This document shows positions 48,929 through 60,656 of a stretch of 64,000 nt of DNA, in pieces. The notes under the pieces were generated by a model, which saw nothing but the letters and a program-made list of their open reading frames with translations, was not told the origin of the DNA and made no database searches. The position numbers and the translations under genes are program-made. The DNA comes from the human T2T-CHM13v2.0 reference genome, Homo sapiens: assembly GCF_009914755.1 (NCBI RefSeq), contig NC_060932.1, one strand, 5' to 3'. Position 1 is the first letter of the stretch, and each line of letters begins with the position of its first letter.

Positions 48929-50244
48929 AGACAGGTCATCGGGCATGGAGGCCAAAGTGCTTCCCGCAAGGACAGTGTTTTAGTTTTATCTGTGTGTGTG
49001 TGCTTGATGTTATTTTGGTCAGGTTGGCAGAGACTTGGGAACTAACAAGGGCCATCTGAGTCCCCTTTTCTTCTCAGCAGGAGGCAAGGAAAACAGGGCA
49101 AAGGGCTTCTTCCCGTAAAAGGCATCTGACTATAGGCCATAGGACAGGTCTGTGAAAGTCTCTGGAAGGCCTCAAAAGAAGACTTGATCTTGAAATAGGA
49201 GAATCCATGATCCATAGAGCGGGTGAGGGACTGTGGGTGGGAGGGCTGGCAAGAGAACAGCCAGAGTCATAAAAACAAATTCCACGGACAATGAAAAGGA
49301 CACTCCCCCAGGCCTCAAATCATCTGGGAGGACTGGGGGCTGAGCTGCAGAAACTCACCCCATGAGTCACTGGCAGACTGCTCACTCTTGACACTGGAAT
49401 CTCTGTGGTTCTGTTGTTTTTATGTTAAAATAAGACAACTAACACCTGCTAAATTGAACCTCAGTGGTATTTTCAGCCTACTGACTCACTGAATGTTTTT
49501 TACACTTGTTCTTTTCTTCTCTTAGCAAAATCTTTTTGGTTTGTTGGCATCCCTATGTGTGTGCGCACACAGATATTTTTCTTTTCAGATTACTGGTAAA
49601 GATGCAGCTGCAAAAACGACATTGAGCATTTCTTCCTGAAACTGGACCTGCAATAACAGATGAGCTAGTTTGTTAGTGTCCAGATCTGTCCATGAAAGTC
49701 GCTCAGTTTCGCTCACTAAGATGTGTGCAGACCTGCTAGAGGAATTGTGGCTATTGTGAGCAAATGCTGAAATAGCCCTTCTTAGGAAAACCAGACAGAT
49801 TCACGGCTCTCACATGATTTACTCCCTTTATTCCCCTCACTGGTTTTTCAGTTAACATCCTGAATATCAAAATTGCACATATTCTCCATGGCACAATAAT
49901 TACATCCTCAGAATGGCAAATGATAAGGTTTAGTATCTCCCCCTTTGTTATGACTGAAGTTATATGGAGGGAATAAAATTTATTCCTAAAGCTGAAGTAT
50001 TTCTTTATAATCTTTCTAAAACTTAGCAACATAACTTTACCCTTTAAAATCACAGCAGGCAGATTTTAACCTTCAAAATTGGGCCTCAGTGAAGGCATCA
50101 ATACTGTTTTAACCAAACCTTGACAAATTAAATTATAGTGAAGGATAGTTTCATATGAAACTCTAGGCTGTGTTCTGCACCTGCGATTCTTACCCTTTGA
50201 AGAGTGTCATCACCCCTGTGGGCAAGTGTTCCTCTTTACCTCAT

Positions 50245-50597
<353 letters not shown>

Positions 50598-50734
50598 TGA
50601 GAGGGAGCCACCATCACTTGCCACTGGGCATGTCCAGGAGGGGCCACAGGTGCTCCCGCTGCCTCTGAAACTACTGCCTTGGGGTCCATCATGTATGCGA
50701 CAAGGAGGCTAACCCCATGCTCTTGTTCCCTCAG

Positions 50735-50905
50735 GTACCCTCACATCCATCACCAACCTCGCCACAAGCCTGGCCCGGAACATGGACCGGCTCTCACTGG
50801 ATGAGGAGCACTACAACCGGCAGGAGGAGTGGCGGCGGCAGCTCCCCGAGAGCCTGGGCGAGGGGCTTCGACAGGGCCTGTCCCGGCTGGGCATCAGCCT
50901 GCTTG
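50735..50905 (+). CDS. VPS13B: VPS13B coding exon (~58), 171 nt, phase 1-1: (G)TLTSITNLATSLARNMDRLSLDEEHYNRQEEWRRQLPESLGEGLRQGLSRLGISLL
   Basis: GCTAAC branch-like site at 50708, ccctcag|GT acceptor; TTG|gtaagg donor; the ORF track shows another frame. Confidence 0.94.
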
Positions 50906-53226
50906 GTAAGGGGCTGCGGGGCCTCCCACCTGTCTGTACTCCAGCAGGCTGAGATGCAGGGTCTCCCAGGACTGGGCAACTTCGCCTTCTGCCTGGGAAT
51001 GACCAGGAAATGCTCAGAGAAGGTAAGGCACTTGCTCTGAGTTCTACAGTGCGTCCCGCCGGGGGCTCACCTGCACAGCCGCACATGCAGCGCCTGTGTT
51101 TGCTTTGTGCATGAAATGTATCTTGGGCCTCACTGAAGTTCTTAAAAGAAATCCTAATTTGATAGGACCTGCTCTAAGCATAGTGGTGTCTGCAAGAGGA
51201 CAGCAGCATCCAGCTGTTGGCTTTCTGAAGAACGTGATGGGCAACGCTTCCGAAGCACTGGCTCCCTCACTCCCACACATGCTGAGCCGCTTCTTTTGTT
51301 TGAGAAACACTAGAGCAACATGCAAATGTCACGTAAACTTCAGTGAGGAGCCCACTTTGTCCTTTACTTTTTTGAGATCAGCCTGATTCAGAGTAATTAT
51401 TGTTTGTAGAGCAGCCAGATGGTATAGTTAGAGGTGAAGATTGCTCTGCATATTTCAAAATATTACAAATGTTTGAAAATAAGTTGCTTTAAAAAATTTA
51501 TGAAAAGGAAGCTTCAGAGCTAAAAGTTTGCAGGGCAGGATTTTCAAGGATTTTTTTGTTTATTTGTTTGCAAAAGAATTTAAAACTGTATTGCTTGGCA
51601 ATGTGCCTTCCGCGCATCTGAGGAAGTGTGTGCCTCCCAGAGATCAAAGTGACCCAAAGCAGTGCAGAGCAAAGGGTAGAAAAGATGAGTTTGAAAGGAC
51701 TCGCCCTCTCTCTGATCTTCAGTTCTCTACAGAACTCCTAGATTGGCAACTGCAGCTAGCTGAGGCTCTGGGAGGAAGTGGTAAAATGGTACAAGTTCAG
51801 GTTAAGTTGCTGGAAATTATATAGGTAAAAACATTCAGTGGTGTGGGGCACTGTCATTTGATAATATGTGGAAACTGGGAAGCTGGTGACCTGTGGTAAA
51901 CAAGCTGGGTAAGGGAGCAACCTTCTTGCTTAACTCAGTAACCCAAAGGTGATGGTGACTCCTTTGGGGAAGGTGGTGTGGCAGTGGACCCTGCCCTCAG
52001 AAGCCCCAGACCTTGGGCTAGGGTGTTCAAGTCCTTTCTTTGTGACCTCAGGCAAGTTCTCCTCTGAACCTGAGTTTCTCTTTTGTATATTGGGCCTGGT
52101 GATACCATTGTTAGAAGTAACAGTGGGTAGTTATATGGCAGCCACCATGCTCATGTTTGGTAAACAGAACCTATCATTATCATAGTATGGTAGCAAATGA
52201 ACTGTAAGAGTTGCCTGGTTTCCAAGAGTGCCTCAGCAAAAAGAAATATTTGAGCAACGGCAGTAATATTTTCACTTAATCCAATGGATTAAGTGGCTGT
52301 AACCAGAGGAAGTGACAATGAGGTTATATTGAGGATCTCAAGGTCATTGTTTTGCAATTCGGGACCTGTTGATGCTATTAATTGGAGACTTAAGTACCAC
52401 TACTCTGCTCCACCCCAGCCCTTATAGGAGCTTCTAGGCAAAGAGAGAGAGAGAGACCCACCCCTGGGCTGGCTGGTGTGTGGCTGTCTCCACCCCAACC
52501 CCCGACTCCCTTCCTGCCCGAGGGTTCCAGTCTCTTCCCAGTCAGAGAAACCCCAGCCAATGCTCCGTTTTCAGTGTGTAAGATTGTACCTGATGGGAAA
52601 AATCAGTTGTGTGAGGAGTCACAAATCAGCCCTGATGAGGTCATCTTTCTGGGCGTGGGTCCTGTTGACCGGGTAAGTCATAATGCTCTGATCTTTGGTG
52701 TAGTCATTGTGTCTTGCATATCCTTATCCATGTGAGGGAATTCATTTTTGGAAACTGCAGTGGGCTCATGGGGTCTTTCTGCATATCTGGTAATTTCCAG
52801 AAGATTATTAATTCTTGGGGTAACATAAGCCTCCTCTGTAGATGCTGGCTGCACCTGCCAACACTGGCCAGCCCCAGTCCCAGCCCAGCTCACACCCTGA
52901 GCAGTGTGTCCATGTCTTGACTCTGCAGAGTTCACAGTGGGCATCTCAAGCTTGGCTCAAACCAGCTTCCTTTCCTGTAAGACTTCAAGGACTTCCTTTG
53001 TTTCATGTACTCTTTGGGTTATCTCAAAATGTCTGGTCCTAGAACTACCAGGTGTGTGGCAAGAAGAACAAAGAGCGGAGTACAGCAAACTGAAATCTCC
53101 TCACTTTGGAAAGTTATAGATTGGCCACCATTTAATTCTTCCCCAGAAATGGTGTTTGAAATTGCCACATACAATGCAGTGCCTAATTGAAGTTAGAGCC
53201 ATTATCACATAATAATTTGAAATCCA

Positions 53227-53535
53227 GGCCGGGTACATGGCTCACACTTGTAATCCTAGCACTTTGGGAAGCCAAAGCAAGTGGATTGCTTGAGCCCAGG
53301 AGTTCGAGATCAGCTTGGGCAATGTGGCAAAACCCCATCTCTACAAAAATAAAATGAAATACAAAAATTAGCCAGGCATGGTGGCACATCCCTGTGGGCC
53401 CAGCTACTCAGGAGGCTGAGGTGGATCACTTGAGCCCAGGAGGTCAAGGCTGCAGTGAGCTGAGATTACACCACTGCACTCCAGCCTGGTGGACAGAGTG
53501 AGACCTTGTCTCAAAATAATAATAGTAATAATAAT
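53227..53535 (+). mobile_element. Alu (AluJ-like) with (AAT)n tail
   Basis: Full dimer. Confidence 0.92.
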
Positions 53536-56509
53536 AGTTTTAAACCCATGCCAGTGAAATAGATATTCTAGTTGCTCAGTTTCTTCAATAAAAAGACAGA
53601 AACGTTAAGGACCCAGTTAATAAAAATATATTAAAGGAAAAGTTTAGAGTTGGCAAAGCGTTTTCAAAGGTGTCATCTTATTTGATCTTCACAACCCTTC
53701 ACAACTTCATAACCCTTCATAGCTTCACAACTTTGGATGAGGTAAAGCGACTTAGCCAGGTCAAACCTCCAGCAAGGACAGGAGCCTGGGCCTTTCCACC
53801 ATGTCGCCTACCCCTGTGGGGCTCCAGGCCTGGAAACAATCAGGATGTGGGGAGACTGAACAATTGCAAGTTCCAGTGTAGGAAAAACACATTTCCCCCA
53901 AATGTTTACGGGTTCGGCGGGCCTTCTTGACTCTGCTTCACCCTCATGGGGACACTATGGAGCATTATGAGGCCCTTGAAAATTAAAGCAAGTCTGCAGC
54001 TCCATGCCCAGCCGCACTGCCCCAGGTCAGCAGGGAAAAGTGTCTGCTGGCTGAGAGATGCTGCCGAGGCCTTTGGATGAGCTCCATGACAGTTTTCCAA
54101 GAGCAACGGCTTTTGGAAAAACTCCGTTTAGCCTGCAGTATTGGCATCAGCCTTGCCCACATTTACCAGATCTGTTCCCCAACACCCTCACTTTCTACTA
54201 CACTCTGGAGCCTGCACTGAGAAAGGACGTGCAGCTCCGCATCACAGCTGCATTCTGCGTTTCCTCCCAAACCTGATGCCTTCTCATGAACACCAAAGCT
54301 AGGATGTCAAGAATTGCTTCTCTGACCCCCACTTCTTTTGGGATGCTTCCTGGTTTGTGATGCGCTGCTGGATTCCCCAGAGACCACCTCCTCTCTCTTC
54401 ATGGGCACTCTTGGCTATGCCATCTGGAATCCCAACAAAACAGGCCTCCGCCAGGTGAAATCAGAAAAGTCCCCTCCGAGGGAGTGACTCAAGAGTTGCA
54501 CATCCCAAGAGACAGCCCTTAAGAGTCATCCCTCCAATACCACCATCTGCCATTAGCAGACTGGTGTGTATTATAGTCAGTGCGGAATTTAGGAATGACT
54601 GGCAAAGTGCTTCCTTGTTGGTTTGCTCGTCTGTTCTGGTCAAAAAAAAGAAGCGCTGAGCTGGAATGTGCAGTACACTCTATGGGTCTCGTTACTTTCT
54701 GGAAGGGCGAGCTGTGGCGTGGTATCCCATTTTATGCCTGTCCTTCTGATAGTGTGACAAAAAATTGCCAGAAACAAAATTACACCACATGGTAAAGGCA
54801 GCATCAAAACAGACACATCACCAGGAACTTCCATAGCCCAGTGACCAAGTAGTTTCTGCCCAAGGCCTAGGAGCAAGTCACAGAAAGAGGTAAGGGAAGG
54901 CCTGGTGGTTTCCTGCTCCACAATGAAGGCTTTCCTCCTCCTGCGCCTTCCAAGGCACAACAGGCAATAGCTCCTGTGTCCTGCGGGGTGCAGCACTCAC
55001 TCAGTCCTGGAAACCCCTCCCAGTCACGCTCTTCTCTCTTCACTGGCTTCATCAGATCACAGCCATCTCCATGTGGTCGCCCACCCCACGGGCCTGAGGC
55101 CAGCAGACAAGTCTTGGGATCAGTTTCCACTCCTGAAAGCCTTCGAGCAGAGTTTAAGTCTATGACAGTCCATAATTTACCAGTTGTGGGATTTAGCTGG
55201 ATATACTTCAGAGGAGAGCCATTCCAGGCTCTCAGAGAGGCTGCCTCTCTCAAAGCAGGGCTGCAGGGACCATGAAGTGGCTGCTGGTCTCTTAGCCTCT
55301 CTGTTCTCCAGCTTGTGAGCACAGAGGTAGATAAGGCACCTGGTGGCTGGTGAGGTGTTGGTGTGTGTGACAGGCCAGCTTTCCCCCTCAAAGGTCTGCT
55401 GCTGAGCCCAGGGCAGGTGGTTCCACAGCTCCCTCTCTGACTCTCAGAATCTAACACCTTGTCATGGGACTCAGGCTTTCCACTTTTGGGGGGCTGCCCA
55501 AATAGTCTTATCTGTCAAAGCCACAGTAACCGAAGCCTTCACTGTGGCCAGAGAAAACGGAAGAGCAGAACAGAGGGGGCCTCACCTGATACCTGCATGT
55601 GCTGGAGCAGGTGGCTGTCAGCACCCTGTGCGGGTGACCGCAGCTGGCCCAGGCCCCACTCTTTGATTTGATGCTGTTCACTTTGATAATCTGCTGAGGT
55701 GACTGGAAGAGAAGACCCAGGGTTCCTGCCTGTCCCTCAGTGTGGCCACTATGACTTCTGATCTTCCAAATGGAGTGGAGCATCAACGGCAAATGAGGGG
55801 TGCTCCCAGCTGAGCGCCAGGCCTGACTGTCTGTGGTACTAAAAGAGTGACCCTCACTCTTGATAGCTGGGGTGGCCTGGGCCTGCCGGGAGCAGCTTCC
55901 TCTGCTCACTCTTGGCATTTCTGTAGAAGGTTTGGCAGCACGACTCTAGGCTGGGAAACAGGTCTGTTGCCTCAGGTCATTCTGAATCTGTCAATGCATA
56001 AACTTAAATGTCTCTGTCAAAACCTAGAGGAAAGGAGTCCATGAAGAGCATTCCCTTTACAATTGACGTGATATGCACTAAAATTTCTACCAGGGGCCAG
56101 AGCATTTTCATCACTCCTAGCAGTTTTGAATTGAAAACAGAGAATTCTGTCAAGAATTGTAAAGAAATTTTCCCTTCTTTCTGAGATAGGGAGCCCTCCA
56201 CTCCATCACGAAAAAAAAATCAGAATGGTAAGACTTTTCTAGCTCTCACTGTTGGCCTCTCAAAGCAGGAGTAGCAAAGGGGCCGTATCCACAGGACTGC
56301 CTGAGGGGCTCCTTTCATCTGTAGCTGCCTCAGGCTCAGTGCAGGAGATGGATGCCCTGTGCTACAGCTGTGGGAGCAGAGCTCCAAGGGGTTTTGGTCG
56401 CTATTCTAAGTGAGGAGTAAGTGGCCAAACCTCAATTCCAGTGAGAGAGAAAGGTTTTCCAAGATTGGCAAAGAGGAAGAGCCTGTTTTATAAATGGGAT
56501 AAGCGAGTA

Positions 56510-56730
56510 TCTTGGTGGTTAAGAGCTATGCTGTGACTCAAACTCTCTGTACACTTAACAGCTGTGTGACCTTGGGAAAAAACTCCTTAACCTCTGTGCC
56601 TCAGTGTCCGTATTTGGATAAAAACAATGTATGACTCCTAGGAATATGAGGATCAAATGATCTCATACAAATAAAGCTCTTAGCACAGTCCCCAGACCTA
56701 GTAAGCATTCAAGATAGATTACCTATAATC
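56510..56730 (+). mobile_element. MIR SINE
   Basis: gtggttaagagc...gctgtgtgaccttggg...ttaacctctgtgcctcagt. Confidence 0.8.
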
Positions 56731-57247
56731 CAAATAATAATTACTATATCAATAATTACTCTTAAGTATTAATACTACTAAATTATGACTGTTATCATTA
56801 TTATCAAAAGTGGAGAGTTAGAAAGGGGCTAACCCCTTCCAGTTTTTCATCCTCATGAATCAGTGCAAATGTATTGGGCTGAACAGTCTTTCTCTGCTCC
56901 TGAGGAACTGTTAGCTCCCCTCTCTCAACTTTGTTGCCTGACTTCTGAGGAAAGATGTATGGATGACACTCTGAATAGCCTGACAGGTTTGTTAAATTCT
57001 GAACTAAACTTCACAGATCCTGACTGTGTGGACCAAACTCCGTCTGAACATTGTATTTTGATGACGATAATAAATGTCTACTGCCCTTGGTGTACTTAGA
57101 TAACTGGTAAACAAATGGGTAGTAAAGACCTTTATAATGAGGGTGGGGACTCATTTTCAATCCAGATAAAACTGTGTTCCAGATGGAGCCTTTCATTTTC
57201 CGAGGATTTTAAGCCTCTGTCCTTACTGAGGGCTTTTGTTATTCCAG

Positions 57248-57424
57248 GTGCAATTGCTGGTATAGTTGATCAGCCGATGCAGAACTTCCAGAAAACATCT
57301 GAGGCACAGGCTTCAGCAGGACACAAGGCCAAGGGTGTCATCTCGGGTGTGGGGAAAGGAATCATGGGGGTGTTCACAAAGCCCATCGGAGGAGCTGCTG
57401 AGCTGGTGTCACAGACTGGCTATG
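57248..57424 (+). CDS. VPS13B: VPS13B coding exon (~59), 177 nt, phase 1-1: (G)AIAGIVDQPMQNFQK...KPIGGAAELVSQTGY
   Basis: attccag|GT acceptor; ATG|gtaagt donor; GVxSGVGKGIxGVFTKPIGG is the VPS13/ATG2_C signature. Confidence 0.95.
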
Positions 57425-59137
57425 GTAAGTCGGTGGAAAACCCATCAGGCCAACCCAGACGTTACTGATTTGCATGCTTATACCAAGGGTTCCCTAAGAT
57501 AGTGTAACCTTTCACATGGCAGACAGTGGCTATCTTTCTTACCTCTCTATGCTTATTTACACAGAGTAGAATTTTACTACTAATAATAAAACCATAGAAT
57601 CAGGAAACCAGTTACTAGTTTCAGTCTATATGTCGTAGAATCTTTTTACAGTACACTTGATAGACTGTAACGAAAAGTAACCAGTTTAGAGGTTGAGGGC
57701 AGAATGGAGAATACAGCAGAGAAAAGAATTAAGACTTTTTCCTATGATAAATGTGGAAGGAGAGAGAGGCTGTGGGAAGATAACTCTAAGAAGCAGTAGA
57801 GAATGAGACAGAGTGTGGATGTGCACATGGGTCTTTGGGTGTGGGTGGCCTTCTCACCCACAGAGGACATCCTGCCCCTCGCAGCCAGGCTGGGCAGAAA
57901 CAAAGGGTCTGCAACCAGAAGCCCTTTCACAAGGCAGACAGCTGGGAAGTGCGTGGCGCATGGCAGTACCTGCACTTGGATGGGGCGTGCCGGGGCCTCT
58001 CCCCGTGCAGCCGCATGCACACACGAGTAATGGGTGCCTGTGAAAGGAAGCACCTCCTCCCAGGCTTATTTTCTGTGTTCTTGGCAGAGCACATTCAAGT
58101 GACTTTCCATAAACCTGTGGCTGGAACTGTTACCATTTTACCTAAAATTGGTGTCATCATTTTGGTAATGAAGCAGGTTGTCTAGCTAGTATCACAAACG
58201 ACAGAAGCGCCCTCCCGTTTGTCAGACATGTGAGCACACTGTGTCTGCATCCGCATCTGGCCATAAAGCCCATGGGATGTGTTTCTAGGGAGGCATCCTG
58301 CTCCTCAGCAGGCCTGACAAGAGGCAGCCAGATCGGGGCATAAAAACAAACAGCGTCTGAAAGGAAGGGAGTGGAGATGAATGAGTGCCCACACTTCAGG
58401 CAGCCATCCGGAGAGCATCCTTAAGAGACCACACAGACGCCAGCATGTGTTCCTCTTCGCTTTCCCCTCCTCGCCCGCCTCATTTCCCTCTCCTTCTGTG
58501 AATGACATGTTCACTCACAGGGAAACTGTCAATAAGATGTGCTATAACCTATAAGTGAGAAAAGTTACACTCTCCCTTATGATAGGGACTCCAGTGAGGT
58601 AAAGTGAAGTCATACTTCATAAATTCTTTTGGTTTTGAAAATGCCATTGTCCCTCACCGTGTTTCCCAGGGCTGAAGAATGCTCCCTTATGTAAGAGGAT
58701 CTTAGAGCAGAGCTTCACATGGCCGTTTTGGTTTCCATCACTCTTGTAAAACTTTTATTACCGAACTGAAGGTTTTAAAACCACTAACTCTTAGTCTAAT
58801 GACTATGCGTCGTTTGTAAACATTTACAAGCCCTCAGAAAGCACACATGCTGTACCATCTTTGGTGCTGGAGAGTCTATGTAAAGGCCTATGTGGCTGCT
58901 GCTGGGTGCCCTCATTTGGTGCTGGCACCAGGGAGAGCATGTCATAAACCAGGGGCCCCAAGCGTGCTCATAAATGTATATGGATTCGTGTTTAACAGCC
59001 GGATTAAGTCGCTTAGCATTTAAGTAGTGTATCTAGGCAAAGGGTGTGCCTTTGTATATATCTGTGTGTTTTTTATTTTTTGACTAGCCTTAGCACAGAT
59101 ACAGAAGTATTAAGGAAGTTAACTAACAATCTAGACT

Positions 59138-59416
59138 TTTTTTTTTAGACACAGGGTTTTGCTGTCACCCAGGCTGACATTCAGTGACACAATCATAGCT
59201 CACTGCAGCCTCCAACTCCTGGGCTCAAGTGATCCTCCCACCTCAGCCTCTGGAGTAGCTAGGACTACAGGCATGCACCACTATTTATTTTTTGTAGAGA
59301 TGGGGGTCTCACTTTGTTTCCCAGGCTGGTCTCTAACTCTGACTCAAGCAATCCTCCCACCTTGATTTGACCTCCCAAAGTTCTAGGATTACATGCATGA
59401 GCCACCACACCAGACC
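59138..59416 (-). mobile_element. Alu (AluJ-like, internally deleted) with TSD ATCTAGACTTTT
   Basis: atctagactttt flanks both ends. Confidence 0.9.
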
Positions 59417-59743
59417 TATCTAGACTTTTTTAACACATCAATTAAAATGATGTCTAGGCTATTGTTCATGACCAGCTACTTTCGGTGTTTTTGCTTCCTC
59501 TAATTGCTAGTCTATGCTTGGACTGTGTAACACATTCATATTTTAGTTTGTTACTAATGCAAGATCACCAAGGTTAAGAGCATTGTAATGTTTAATGATT
59601 ATCTATACGCTTGCTTCCAAAGATGTGACATCATTTTGGATCTGTAACATTTTATGGATGGCTCTGAACAGATGACATCATTGCAGCATGAAACTGTTTT
59701 CCAGAAAACAAGTAGTAAAACTCCCTTACTTCTCTTACCACAG

Positions 59744-59846
59744 GTATTTTACATGGAGCTGGACTTTCTCAGCTTCCCAAACAGCGCCATCAGCCAAGTG
59801 ATCTACATGCTGACCAGGCTCCAAACAGCCATGTCAAATATGTCTG
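59744..59846 (+). CDS. VPS13B: VPS13B coding exon (~60), 103 nt, phase 1-2: (G)ILHGAGLSQLPKQRHQPSDLHADQAPNSHVKYV(W)
   Basis: ttaccacag|GT acceptor; CTG|gtaaaa donor. Confidence 0.92.
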
Positions 59847-60406
59847 GTAAAATTATTGAGATACGTGCTCAACTTTACATCCATATTGTATGTTAATAGC
59901 TCCTGGCTTGCTCTCAAGCTAATGGGCCATGCTTCCAGGGAGCCCAGGAGTAGCCATTGTTGGCACTGGCATCTCAGGCAGCACAAGAGCACTGTAGAGG
60001 GACAGGAAGAGGCTGCTGTTGCCAGGTTTGGGGCTGGCTGCACAACTCCTCTGTTCCGTACCTAACCACTCAAGGAAGGTCATACATTGGCAGAGAAACC
60101 CAGTCTTGCTAGAGGGCCTGAGATTCCCTGTGGAACCAGCACTCTAATTAGAGGTGCTATTTCTAATGGGGAGAAAAGGAGCTAATAAGCAAAACCAAGG
60201 GAAATCTTTGTTCCCAGGAGGAAGCAGGTTCTGTTAATCAGAATCAGTCTGAGAACTGACAATTACATTTCAAGCTAAAATGGGTAACTGGATTGGTGAG
60301 GGCCCTTTGCCCTTGTGGAGGTTGCCCCATTGGTAAATAATGAGCACTGATAAGTGACCATCTTTTCACAGCTGGCCCCTGGCCTCACTTTTCTCCTTTT
60401 AAACAG

Positions 60407-60656
60407 GAAAATGCTTCAGTCTCTGGGCAGACCAGAAGTCCACATGGCCCTGGACGTGGTTCTGGTGAGGGGCTCAGGCCAGGAGCATGAAGGGTGCTTG
60501 CTGCTGACATCAGAAGTGCTCTTCGTGGTGAGTGTCAGTGAGGACACACAGCAGCAGGCCTTCCCCGTCACAGAAATCGACTGTGCACAGGACAGCAAGC
60601 AGAACAACTTACTCACAGTGCAGCTCAAGCAGCCAAGAGTGGCCTGTGATGTGGAG
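60407..60656 (+). CDS. VPS13B: VPS13B coding exon (~61), 250 nt, phase 2-0: KMLQSLGRPEVHMALDVVLV...PRVACDVE (PH-like domain)
   Basis: ttaaacag|G acceptor; GAG|gtacgt donor; within ORF 60354..60689. Confidence 0.93.

Noticed and set aside
50717-51040. ORF-track proteins 50717..51040 and 59654..59896 as products
   Set aside because: They overlap real exons 58 and 60 in the wrong frame; splice phases fix the true frame
53686-53732. Short tandem CTTCACAACC repeats
   Set aside because: Slippage within a MIR fragment; no sign of function
54867-55457. 196-aa minus-strand ORF and overlapping ORFs in intron 58
   Set aside because: GC-rich sequence with ORFs in several frames, no recognisable domain or splice structure; likely chance
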